From: a virus
Taxonomy: Duplodnaviria; Caudoviricetes
DNA length: 42,722 nucleotides
Reading direction: 5' to 3' (one strand)
Virus record (IMG/VR): IMGVR_UViG_3300020161_000877
Coordinates: 1-42,722 of that record
A program made the position numbers and the translations under genes. The notes under the pieces are model-generated. The model was not told where the DNA came from. It saw only the letters and a program-made list of their open reading frames with translations, and ran no database searches. This document shows positions 35,281 to 42,644 of this stretch, in pieces (the stretch's first letter is position 1; every line of letters begins with the position of its first letter).

Positions 35281-35745
35281 TTAATTTTTCGGCGGTTTTT
35301 CAGAGGGTATATCTATGACCTCACCGCTGATGAGCCTGTTGATGTCCTCGTGCCTCACTTTTAGGCGATGTTCAGTGACAACGACAGGCTGGTCGTTAAG
35401 TGTCTGAACTTTGTCAATGAGGATAGCCAGAGCGAGGGGCATCTGTGTGATTGGTAATTTATCAATCTCACTATCAAGTCTGTGAGCACCTTTCAGAATA
35501 ATGGACTTAAACAGTTCGCTGGTCTTTTTTTTGTAAGTGCCTAAATCGATATCTTTGTCTCCCATTTCTTGCCGAACAGCCACCACGGTGTGGGATGACA
35601 CCCCTACTTTGTCTTCTATGTCCCTCTGGGTGTGACCCTGTTCGGTTAGCCAAACTATCTCCTGTTTTTTTTCTGGACTGATTTTAGAAAGTGTGATAGC
35701 CTTCTGGTCGTTCTTGACCCTTTCATATTTAGACTCTGATTCCAT
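35281..35745 (-). CDS. Putative terminase small subunit (HTH protein)
   Basis: N-terminal HTH (TQRDIEDKVGVSSHTVVAVR), two long helices and a C-terminal beta tail match TerS architecture; late-type AT-rich codons. Confidence 0.5.
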   Translation of the reverse strand: MESESKYERVKNDQKAITLSKISPEKKQEIVWLTEQGHTQRDIEDKVGVSSHTVVAVRQEMGDKDIDLGTYKKKTSELFKSIILKGAHRLDSEIDKLPITQMPLALAILIDKVQTLNDQPVVVTEHRLKVRHEDINRLISGEVIDIPSEKPPKN

Positions 35746-35780
35746 ATAATATAATTATGTTAAACTTGCCCTTAAGTCAA
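35722..35780. promoter_or_regulatory. Overlapping divergent promoters
   Basis: + strand TTCATA-17-TATAAT (35722-35750); - strand TTGACT-15-CATAAT (35780-35754); only 11 bp between the two ATGs. Confidence 0.5.
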
Positions 35781-36215
35781 TGCTGGTTGGAAGTTCCTAT
35801 AGAGCCTCCTACATCTACGCATCAAGCGAACCTTAGGGTATTAAAAACCAGAGACGGCAGGTTGTTTGTTGGTAAGATGAAAAAGAACAAGGTAACTGAG
35901 TGGTCTAACCTGTTCTCCAGATACATACCAAAACTTGATAAGCCGATTGATACCCCAGTAAGGGTCTACATTAGGCTTTATTATACTCCACCCAAGTACC
36001 TTTTACCAAAGATTAACAAGTGTAAAATACTTGTAAAAACGACTAAACCCGATGTGGACAATGTTGTCAAGGCTATTTTGGACGAGTTTACAAAGATGCA
36101 ATATTGGGTTGACGACAGCCAAGTGTGGGCCATAACCGTTGAGAAGTACTGGGCGGCTCGACCAAGAGTCGCCGTGTACATAGACCAAAACCACCAACCA
36201 ACAACCAATGAGTAA
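35757..36215 (+). CDS. rusA: RusA-like Holliday junction resolvase
   Basis: TKPDVDNVVKAILD and WVDDSQV...KYW motifs. Confidence 0.9.
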   Translation: MLNLPLSQCWLEVPIEPPTSTHQANLRVLKTRDGRLFVGKMKKNKVTEWSNLFSRYIPKLDKPIDTPVRVYIRLYYTPPKYLLPKINKCKILVKTTKPDVDNVVKAILDEFTKMQYWVDDSQVWAITVEKYWAARPRVAVYIDQNHQPTTNE

Positions 36216-36990
36216 GTCCCTAGTATGCACTATGACGGAGAGCGAGTACCGCTCTCTTCCCGCCTTGAATGCTTCCCGCTTCAAGGCGTTCCACCGCTCG
36301 CCCTATCACTTCTTTAACCAGAAGGATATCGAGACCTCCGAGGCTATGAAGATTGGCACTGCCGTCCACACAGCCCTGCTAGAACCCAGAAACTACTCGT
36401 CCGAAATCGGCTACCTGCCCGATGTGGACGGACGCACGACTGAAGGCAAGGCCATCAAGAAGGCGTTTGAAGAGAAGTACGCTGGCAAGACCATTCTAAA
36501 GGCCGCATCCGAGGCCATCGTGGAGCGAGCGGTCATCGCCTGTGATTACAGCAATCCGTGGAAGGCCATTAAAGCCACGCCCAGTATGCGGTACGAGCAG
36601 GTGCTGATGTGCGACTTAGAAGGCGTTGACTGCAAGGCTAGGCTCGACCTGCTGGATGTTGAGAACGGCATCATCAGAGACATCAAAACCTGTGACGATG
36701 CCAGCATCGAGCGGTTCAAGTATACCGTGAAGGACAGACTGTACTGGCTACAGGCAGGGTTCTACTGTCTGATGGCTGAGAAGGTGTTCGACAAGAAGTT
36801 CCAGTTTGAATTCATCGCCGTTGAGACGAGCGAGCCTAGTGCCGCCTTGTTCCACCCTGTGGACGAGCAGGAACTTGACAGATGGAAGGCTCTTGTCAGC
36901 ATCGATATTATGAAGTACAAAGACTGCCTTGAGGCAGATACTTGGCCTATGCCCACCAGCGGTGTCATCAAAGACCTAAACATCAAGTGA
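36208..36990 (+). CDS. RecE/exonuclease VIII-like PD-(D/E)XK nuclease (DUF3799-type)
   Basis: IGTAVHTALLEP, DGRTTEGK, CKARLD, DIKT, Y.LQAGFY and FIAVE motifs. Confidence 0.85.
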   Translation: MSKSLVCTMTESEYRSLPALNASRFKAFHRSPYHFFNQKDIETSEAMKIGTAVHTALLEPRNYSSEIGYLPDVDGRTTEGKAIKKAFEEKYAGKTILKAASEAIVERAVIACDYSNPWKAIKATPSMRYEQVLMCDLEGVDCKARLDLLDVENGIIRDIKTCDDASIERFKYTVKDRLYWLQAGFYCLMAEKVFDKKFQFEFIAVETSEPSAALFHPVDEQELDRWKALVSIDIMKYKDCLEADTWPMPTSGVIKDLNIK

Positions 36991-37616
36991 GCAAGCCCAC
37001 ATTCACAGGGGTCTGGATACCAGCAGAGGTACTCCAGTTGAACACCCTTTCCATCACTGATAAGGTAGTGTACGGCATCATCAACTCATTGGACAACGAG
37101 GATGGGTGCTATGCCTCAAACGGCTATCTGGCTACCACGCTAGACCTGTCTGAGAGGCAGATTAAGAACATCATCAAGACCCTGTGCGACTACAACCTAG
37201 TCGTAAGGGTCGAGGTGGATGGACGCAGGATACTGCGTACCGTGGAGAAACAGGCTCTTGTCCGTGCAACGGATTTCACCTCCCTAGGGAAATCTGTTTC
37301 CCCCAAGGGGGGAAATAAACTTCCCCCATATAGTAAAGAGGATAACAAAGAGGATATAAATAAGGATGTCCTGCCATATGGTGAGGCTTTCAAGGCTCAA
37401 TGGGAGCAATGGGTGACATACAGGAAGCAGACCAAGAAGCCTCTAACAGCCATCACCAAGGTCGAGCAGTTGAAGATGCTGACCGACATAGGCAACGAGG
37501 GTAGGGCTGTAGAAACCATAAAAAAGAGTATTGCATTCGGCTGGCTGGGTCTTTTCCTTAGCAACGACAACAAGACTAAGACCCTAACCAACAACGACCA
37601 CGCCAATGGCTTCTAA
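36987..37616 (+). CDS. Phage replication initiator (N-terminal wHTH, lambda-O-like organisation)
   Basis: GTG start coupled to the upstream stop; CYASNGYLA..L.LSER; C-terminal WEQWVTYRKQ.KKP...SIAFGW.GLF; internal iterons. Confidence 0.85.
   Translation: MSKPTFTGVWIPAEVLQLNTLSITDKVVYGIINSLDNEDGCYASNGYLATTLDLSERQIKNIIKTLCDYNLVVRVEVDGRRILRTVEKQALVRATDFTSLGKSVSPKGGNKLPPYSKEDNKEDINKDVLPYGEAFKAQWEQWVTYRKQTKKPLTAITKVEQLKMLTDIGNEGRAVETIKKSIAFGWLGLFLSNDNKTKTLTNNDHANGF
37262..37366 (+). repeat. Replication origin within the initiator gene: three iterons plus A-rich tract
   Basis: GTGCAAC-GG-ATTTCACC, GGGAAAT-CT-GTTTCCCC and GGGAAAT-AA-ACTTCCCC at 23-bp period, then ATATAGTAAAGAGGATAACAAAGAGGATATAAATAAGG, in the interdomain linker as in lambdoid origins. 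Confidence 0.75.
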
Positions 37617-38292
37617 GTGCATCCACTGCAAGACTGACGCAGTACCTGTTTGGGACTCCAAGAGCGAGAAGTTCAAGCCTCTTGTTTCTGTGTGCCTCGA
37701 CTGCTTCAAGACGAAGGAACACCACGAGTATCCGTTTTACTACGACAAGGTTTTTGAGAAAAACAACTGGTGCTTCAAGAGCGTACACCCATCCACGCCG
37801 ATAGCCTTCTTGGACACCGTTGACACCAAACTAGCACCGCAGATGCAGAAGGCTCTGTCAGAGTACAGGCCAGATGACAGCGTTCTGTTGCACGGCGTTA
37901 CTGGCACAGGCAAGACTCGCACCGCTTGGGTTATGTTCAACAAGGGCTGGTACAACTTCTACCCCAAGTCCAGCACATTCTTGACGATGCGTAAACTGGA
38001 GCAGGAGATTGAGAAGGGCTTCTCCAACCAGAACCACGGCGAGGTGATTGAACGCTTGACCAACTGTGCTCTGCTGGTCATTGATGACCTTGGTAAAGAA
38101 CGCTTGACAGCACGAATGGAGTCTGATTTGTTCGCCATCATTGACGAGCGTACATCCAACAAACGCCCGACCATCATCACAACCAACTACAACGGCAACG
38201 GACTATCTGATAGGTTCAGCAACGGAGAGACTGGAACAGCCATCATCCGCAGACTGAAGGACTACTTCAAGATTTACGGTGCTACCAACTAA
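37606..38292 (+). CDS. DnaC/IstB-like AAA+ helicase loader
   Basis: GVTGTGKT, LLVIDDLGKE, PTIITTN motifs; N-terminal CxxC...CxxC. Confidence 0.9.
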   Translation: MASKCIHCKTDAVPVWDSKSEKFKPLVSVCLDCFKTKEHHEYPFYYDKVFEKNNWCFKSVHPSTPIAFLDTVDTKLAPQMQKALSEYRPDDSVLLHGVTGTGKTRTAWVMFNKGWYNFYPKSSTFLTMRKLEQEIEKGFSNQNHGEVIERLTNCALLVIDDLGKERLTARMESDLFAIIDERTSNKRPTIITTNYNGNGLSDRFSNGETGTAIIRRLKDYFKIYGATN

Positions 38293-38310
38293 CTTCCACC
38301 CACCACGAAA

Positions 38311-38538
38311 ATGGATAACCAAACCCAAACCCAAACTAACGACGCGGCCTCCGTCATCGAGGTCAACAACGCCAAGAAGTATGTCGTCCTCCCAGACGGC
38401 AGAATGGCTCGACTGCTGAAGCCTGTAAAGGTCAAGAAGTACCAGTACTACTCGTACCTCAACGACCAAGGCAAGGCGGTTCGTGTCAACACTAGCAACA
38501 GCCGAAACATCAATGATGAAGTGGTCAAGAGCAAGTGA
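38311..38538 (+). CDS. Hypothetical protein, 75 aa
   Basis: Fills the operon gap; A/C-rich leader; biased codons. Confidence 0.7.
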   Translation: MDNQTQTQTNDAASVIEVNNAKKYVVLPDGRMARLLKPVKVKKYQYYSYLNDQGKAVRVNTSNSRNINDEVVKSK

Positions 38539-38572
38539 CCTTCTCTGGAAAAAAATAAATCACTATACTCCT

Positions 38573-39289
38573 ATGGAAGATAAGAACGAAACCCATAACC
38601 TGTCCGAACTGTACACCGCCCTTGGCAAGGTTCACGATGAGACCAAGGACATTGTTGCAGATGACTTCAATCCGCACTTCAAGTCAAAGTTCGCCAGCCT
38701 ATCGGCTCACCTGTCGTATCTGAAGCCAATCTTCAGCAAGCACGGCCTCGTGGTCATCCAGTTGCCGACCTCTGAGTACCACGACAACGGCATCGGCATC
38801 AAAACCATCATCGCCCACAAGAACGGCACGAGCATCCATTCCTCGTGCATCGTCCCTGTAGGCGAACAGGCTACTGGTCAACAGGCTGGTGCTATCCTAA
38901 CTTATCTGAGGCGGTACTGCTTGGCTTCCATCGGGGGTCTGGCTACCACGGATGATGACTGTGAGTCTGACCGTGTGGTCAAGACTGCGTCTGCTCCTGC
39001 TCCTGCAAAGAAGGCCGCTCCTGCCGCCGCTTCTGCTCCTGCGGCTGGCGTAGGCATCGACTTCTCCCTGCCTGTTCCGTTTGGTAAGAACAAGGGTACT
39101 TCCCTTCAAGACCTGCCCGATGCAGACCTCGACTACTGGGCTAACAAGTGGGAACCGAAGCCTTGGGAAAAGACTGGCAAGGTCGGAGTCAAAGACCTGT
39201 CGCTCAAGAAGTCCGCTCAAGCACTCTGGGCGTTGAAGCAGGATGGCGGCTCTAGCGAGGACGAACCCGAAGACCAAGTTCCGTTCTAA
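38573..39289 (+). CDS. erf: ERF-family single-strand annealing protein
   Basis: NPHFKSKFASL and QQAGAILTYLRRYCL...G....DDD motifs; Ala/Pro linker; PFGKNKG domain; acidic tail ending in PF. Confidence 0.88.
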   Translation: MEDKNETHNLSELYTALGKVHDETKDIVADDFNPHFKSKFASLSAHLSYLKPIFSKHGLVVIQLPTSEYHDNGIGIKTIIAHKNGTSIHSSCIVPVGEQATGQQAGAILTYLRRYCLASIGGLATTDDDCESDRVVKTASAPAPAKKAAPAAASAPAAGVGIDFSLPVPFGKNKGTSLQDLPDADLDYWANKWEPKPWEKTGKVGVKDLSLKKSAQALWALKQDGGSSEDEPEDQVPF

Positions 39290-39296
39290 CCAATCT

Positions 39297-39368
39297 GTCC
39301 CTGTAGTTCAATGGATAGAACATTCGCCTTCTAAGCGAATTATCTAGGTTCGATTCCTAGCAGGGACA
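39297..39368 (+). tRNA. tRNA-Arg(TCT)
   Basis: GTCCCTG...TTCGC-CTTCTAA-GCGAA...CTAGG-TTCGATT-CCTAG-CAGGGAC-A. Confidence 0.93.
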
Positions 39369-39378
39369 TTTTTCACCA

Positions 39379-39807
39379 ATGAAATACACGCTACTCCTCG
39401 CCTTGTGCATCCAAGCACAGGCTATGGAAATTACGGACGGCTTTTTGAATAAAATCGCTGTCATCGAGTCCAATGAACGATGCACCGCTGTTGGCGACAG
39501 GGGTGCTAGTCTTGGACGATACCAGATTCAACGCTCCGCTTGGGTCGATGCTTGCCGCAGGAACGATGTGGACTGGGCATACAATATGGACAACGCCTTC
39601 AACTACCCTATGGCTCATCAAGTAGCGAGATGGCACTTTGAATGGATTGCAGACACGCTTAAAAGGCGTGGCGTTAGGGTCACAGAGATGACCCTATATA
39701 TGGCCTACAACAAGGGCATCAAAGGTGCTTCACGACTAGGCTTCAACACCCAGATGAACGACCCTGCTCTCAACAGGGCTAGGTACTACCTAAACTCCTG
39801 CCAATGA
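39379..39807 (+). CDS. Lysozyme-fold muramidase/transglycosylase with signal peptide
   Basis: IAVIES...AVGD.G.SLGRYQI...W.DA and AYN.G motifs; N-terminal MKYTLLLALCIQAQA. Confidence 0.75.
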   Translation: MKYTLLLALCIQAQAMEITDGFLNKIAVIESNERCTAVGDRGASLGRYQIQRSAWVDACRRNDVDWAYNMDNAFNYPMAHQVARWHFEWIADTLKRRGVRVTEMTLYMAYNKGIKGASRLGFNTQMNDPALNRARYYLNSCQ

Positions 39808-40196
39808 ACCATACAGCACAGAACAGCCTTAAGGCTTCAGCCTACCTGCTAGGTATTTCTGTAGAAGAACTCATAGATGTCCTCCACAACGCCTCCAAAA
39901 TCAAGGAAATCCGTACTGCCAGTGGATGTCCGTTTAGCCTACCTACTAGGGAGAGCAAAGAAGAGTCCCCATCAGAAGTTTGTCAGTCTCTCCGTGAAGG
40001 ACGCAGAACTGATACTGACTGCTTTACGGAACCGAACTATGCCAATGCCGATGAGTGTAAAAGAGCAGTGACCCAACTGATGTACTCTCTCGACTACTGG
40101 CAAATCGAGGCAACCTATTGGCACGATAAGTGGCTGACTAATTTAAAGTCTGAGGCTGACCAATTTAAAGCCAAGGAGGGCAAGCCGAGCGTATGA
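39804..40196 (+). CDS. Hypothetical protein, 130 aa
   Basis: ATGA coupling at both ends. Confidence 0.6.
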   Translation: MNHTAQNSLKASAYLLGISVEELIDVLHNASKIKEIRTASGCPFSLPTRESKEESPSEVCQSLREGRRTDTDCFTEPNYANADECKRAVTQLMYSLDYWQIEATYWHDKWLTNLKSEADQFKAKEGKPSV

Positions 40197-40939
40197 GCAA
40201 GCCGAAAAAGATTAAGTTCGTCATAGTATCTGACAACCACGGTGATATGACAGACTGGGATGCGGCAAACGCATTGTTCGACTTCATCCAATGGTATCAG
40301 CCAGACGAAATAATCCACGCTGGTGACGGCTTTGACTTCCGCTCTATCCGTGGTGGTGCTTCAGCCAATGAGCAATCAGAAAGTCTTGAAGAGGACATAA
40401 AGCAAGGGAAGAAATTCCTAAAGAGATTGAAGCCTACCAGATACCTCAAGGGCAATCACTGCGAGCGTCCAGAGAACATCTTCTATGCTACAACCAATGC
40501 TATCGTTAAAGACTACTGCCACCATCTTATGGAAGAGGTGGATAACTTCATCAAGGGAATTGGTTGCAAGACTATTCTCCCCTACCACGCAGACGAGGGA
40601 GTGTTTAGGCTTGGCCCAGTCGCAATCGTTCACGGATATACAGTCAACAGATACTCCGTTCAAGAACACGCCGAATTCTACGGTGTCAGCGGTGGGGCTG
40701 TCACGATGGGACACCTGCACAGGATTGCCTGTGTTAACGCAAGAAAGCACGGAGGTGTTGTTGGTTTTTGCGGTGGACACCTTTCAAGAAAGCGTGAGAT
40801 GCGTTATGCGAAGAACAGACTGGGAACAAGTGAATGGGGTACTGGCTGGCTCTGCGGGTATGTACAGGGTAACGACTGGAAAATATGGCAAGTTCACAGA
40901 GTCGGAGACAAGTTCATCTACCCACAAGACGCACGATGA
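40193..40939 (+). CDS. Calcineurin-like metallophosphoesterase
   Basis: SDNHG, GDGFD, GNH, HG and GHLH motifs. Confidence 0.88.
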   Translation: MSKPKKIKFVIVSDNHGDMTDWDAANALFDFIQWYQPDEIIHAGDGFDFRSIRGGASANEQSESLEEDIKQGKKFLKRLKPTRYLKGNHCERPENIFYATTNAIVKDYCHHLMEEVDNFIKGIGCKTILPYHADEGVFRLGPVAIVHGYTVNRYSVQEHAEFYGVSGGAVTMGHLHRIACVNARKHGGVVGFCGGHLSRKREMRYAKNRLGTSEWGTGWLCGYVQGNDWKIWQVHRVGDKFIYPQDAR

Positions 40940-41250
40940 AAAAGCACAACCGCTTCAAGGAGTTTCTTTCAGAACTCCACGCCCCAAACAGATACATCCC
41001 AGTCAAAGAAGAACCTATGCCGAAGGGTTTCTTCTCATCCGCAGACTTGGCGAAGAAGTACAACACTGTCCAGCGTGTTTCGCAAGGATGGATAGCACTT
41101 GCAATGTCGATGAACGCCCTAGAAGTAAGGTTCGTAAGAAGAAGAACAAACGGCGTGTTCGTTAAGAAAATTCCAGTCTATAAATTCAAACACAAATCAG
41201 ATGAGAAAGAGTTCAAAAGCAGACTTAAAAGAAAACAGCGAACTGTATAA
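40936..41250 (+). CDS. Basic wHTH-like protein
   Basis: 104 aa starting MKKHNRF (ATGA coupling); FSSADLAKKYNTVQRVSQGWI. Confidence 0.6.
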   Translation: MKKHNRFKEFLSELHAPNRYIPVKEEPMPKGFFSSADLAKKYNTVQRVSQGWIALAMSMNALEVRFVRRRTNGVFVKKIPVYKFKHKSDEKEFKSRLKRKQRTV

Positions 41251-41512
41251 GGGGTGCATATTCCTTACCCCTAGGGAATGGATGGACAACGCCATCATAG
41301 GCAAGTGCATCAACACAGGAGGCATCATCTATGACTACGATACCCTCATAGAGGCATATATGGCTATGGACAATCTTACCTACCATCAAGCCGCTCAAGT
41401 GGTTGACTTCAACACGGAAAGAGCCATACCGTATATGCCAGACCCCAAGCCTGTCATCGAAAAGCAGGAACTAGGGATTGAGGAGGATTTTGACTGCGAG
41501 GATTTGGACTGA
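41201..41512 (+). CDS. Conserved phage hypothetical protein
   Basis: D.AIIG...IYDYD.LIE..M...A....DFN...A....P pattern; acidic tail. Confidence 0.7.
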   Translation: MRKSSKADLKENSELYKGCIFLTPREWMDNAIIGKCINTGGIIYDYDTLIEAYMAMDNLTYHQAAQVVDFNTERAIPYMPDPKPVIEKQELGIEEDFDCEDLD

Positions 41513-41525
41513 TTGTTCTTTCACA

Positions 41526-41596
41526 GGGGGCTTCTTTCAACGGTAGGAAATCCGATTTGCATTCGGACAATAGGAGTTCGATTCTCCTAGCCTCCA
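41526..41596 (+). tRNA. tRNA-Ala(TGC)
   Basis: GGGGGCT/AGCCTCC acceptor stem with G3:U70; TCCGA-TTTGCAT-TCGGA; A73. Confidence 0.92.
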
Positions 41597-41600
41597 TTTA

Positions 41601-41673
41601 GGACTCGTAACTCAATGGTCAGAGTAGCGGCCTTTTAAGCCGTTGGTTCTGGGTTCAAGTCCCAGCGGGTTCA
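41601..41673 (+). tRNA. tRNA-Lys(TTT)
   Basis: GGACTCG/CGGGTTC; GCGGC-CTTTTAA-GCCGT; CTGGG-TTCAAGT-CCCAG. Confidence 0.92.
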
Positions 41674-41678
41674 TCTTA

Positions 41679-41751
41679 GCGGAAGTGGCGAAATGGTAGA
41701 CGCACCGAACTTAAAATTCGTATGCTGTGGGTTCGACTCCCACCTTCCGCA
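41679..41751 (+). tRNA. tRNA-Leu(TAA), short variable loop
   Basis: GCGGAAG/CTTCCGC; Leu-type D-arm GGCGAAATGGTAGACGC; CCGAA-CTTAAAA-TTCGT; 5-nt variable region. Confidence 0.85.
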
Positions 41752-41754
41752 CAC

Positions 41755-41839
41755 AGAGGGTTGACAGAGCGGCTTATTGTACCTGTCTTGAAAACAGGCA
41801 CACCGAAAGGTGTCGTGGGTTCAAATCCCACACCCTCTA
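41755..41839 (+). tRNA. tRNA-Ser(TGA)
   Basis: AGAGGGT/ACCCTCT; CCTGT-CTTGAAA-ACAGG; long variable arm ACACC-GAAA-GGTGT. Confidence 0.92.
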
Positions 41840-41850
41840 CATTATTGAAC

Positions 41851-41926
41851 AGGCGTGTAACTCAGCGGTTAGAGTGGACTCTTTATAAGGGTTAAGTCGT
41901 GGGTTCAAATCCCACCACGCCTACCA
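41851..41926 (+). tRNA. tRNA-Ile(TAT)
   Basis: AGGCGTG/CACGCCT-A-CCA; GACTC-TTTATAA-GGGTT. Confidence 0.9.
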
Positions 41927-41934
41927 ATAACGCA

Positions 41935-41969
41935 CCAGCATCTTTGAAGGAAAGACGCTGGCACTTTTT
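41935..41969 (+). terminator. Intrinsic terminator after the tRNA cluster
   Basis: CCAGC-A-TCTTT-GAAGG-AAAGA-C-GCTGG then CACTTTTT, at the point where the two operons converge. Confidence 0.55.
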
Positions 41970-42050
41970 ATCTGGGCTACCAAAGGGAACAACGCAACCC
42001 CACCTTCAGCCCATCAAAACATCTCCATATTTACTGCGTCTTTACATATG

Positions 42051-42644
42051 TCAAGACATATACCACAGCAAAGATGCCTCTGCCGCAACGGCTATGATTA
42101 CGATAATAACTCCAGCCTTCTTAAGGTGTACTATCGGAGAAAATGCTACCACCAATACCCCGAATAAAAATAATCCTAAGCAAGCCAGAGACGCTTGAAG
42201 AAGCACTTTTGTTTTTCGTTCTTCTCGTAATGTTTGTTCTGCTTGTTCTCTCCTTGCGTTTGCTTCAGATATTTGCTTATCTTTTCTCTCTACTTCTGCC
42301 CACAGTTTCGTGGTTTCTGCATCTACCTTAGCCGCTTCTACTTTGTCTTTCTGTACGGCCTTCGTGTCGTTATCTTTTATTATCTTTTCAAACTGCTTTA
42401 CCTTGTCAACGGAAGGCTTGCTTATGCCGCTTAGTCTTTCGATTTGTCCTTGAACAATTTGTCTAGGGACTCCGTCAGTAACGGAAGGAACGACAGCAAC
42501 GAGAGCAGAGACGCTATCAGAGACGGCTGTTTCGACTTTCGCAATGTACGAGTCCTTTTGCTCATTGTTAGAAACTATAATCGTCTCTGCCTCAGGGGTG
42601 TTACATCCCAGAAGGAAAGCCGTAAATATAATCAAGATACGCAT
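42051..42644 (-). CDS. Lipoprotein with coiled coil and C-terminal TM helices (u-spanin-like)
   Basis: Start MRILIIFTAFLLGC (lipobox LLG-C), long helical/coiled-coil middle, two C-terminal hydrophobic helices. Confidence 0.55.
   Translation of the reverse strand: MRILIIFTAFLLGCNTPEAETIIVSNNEQKDSYIAKVETAVSDSVSALVAVVPSVTDGVPRQIVQGQIERLSGISKPSVDKVKQFEKIIKDNDTKAVQKDKVEAAKVDAETTKLWAEVERKDKQISEANARREQAEQTLREERKTKVLLQASLACLGLFLFGVLVVAFSPIVHLKKAGVIIVIIAVAAEASLLWYMS

Noticed and set aside
41679-41839. Suppressor tRNAs or a recoded genetic code
   Set aside because: Anticodons TAA and TGA read TTA (Leu) and TCA (Ser), not stop codons. Genes are intact under the standard code and all three stop codons are used.
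27868-41926. tRNAs as attachment sites of a prophage
   Set aside because: No integrase, CI-like repressor, duplicated tRNA 3' end or host genes are visible.
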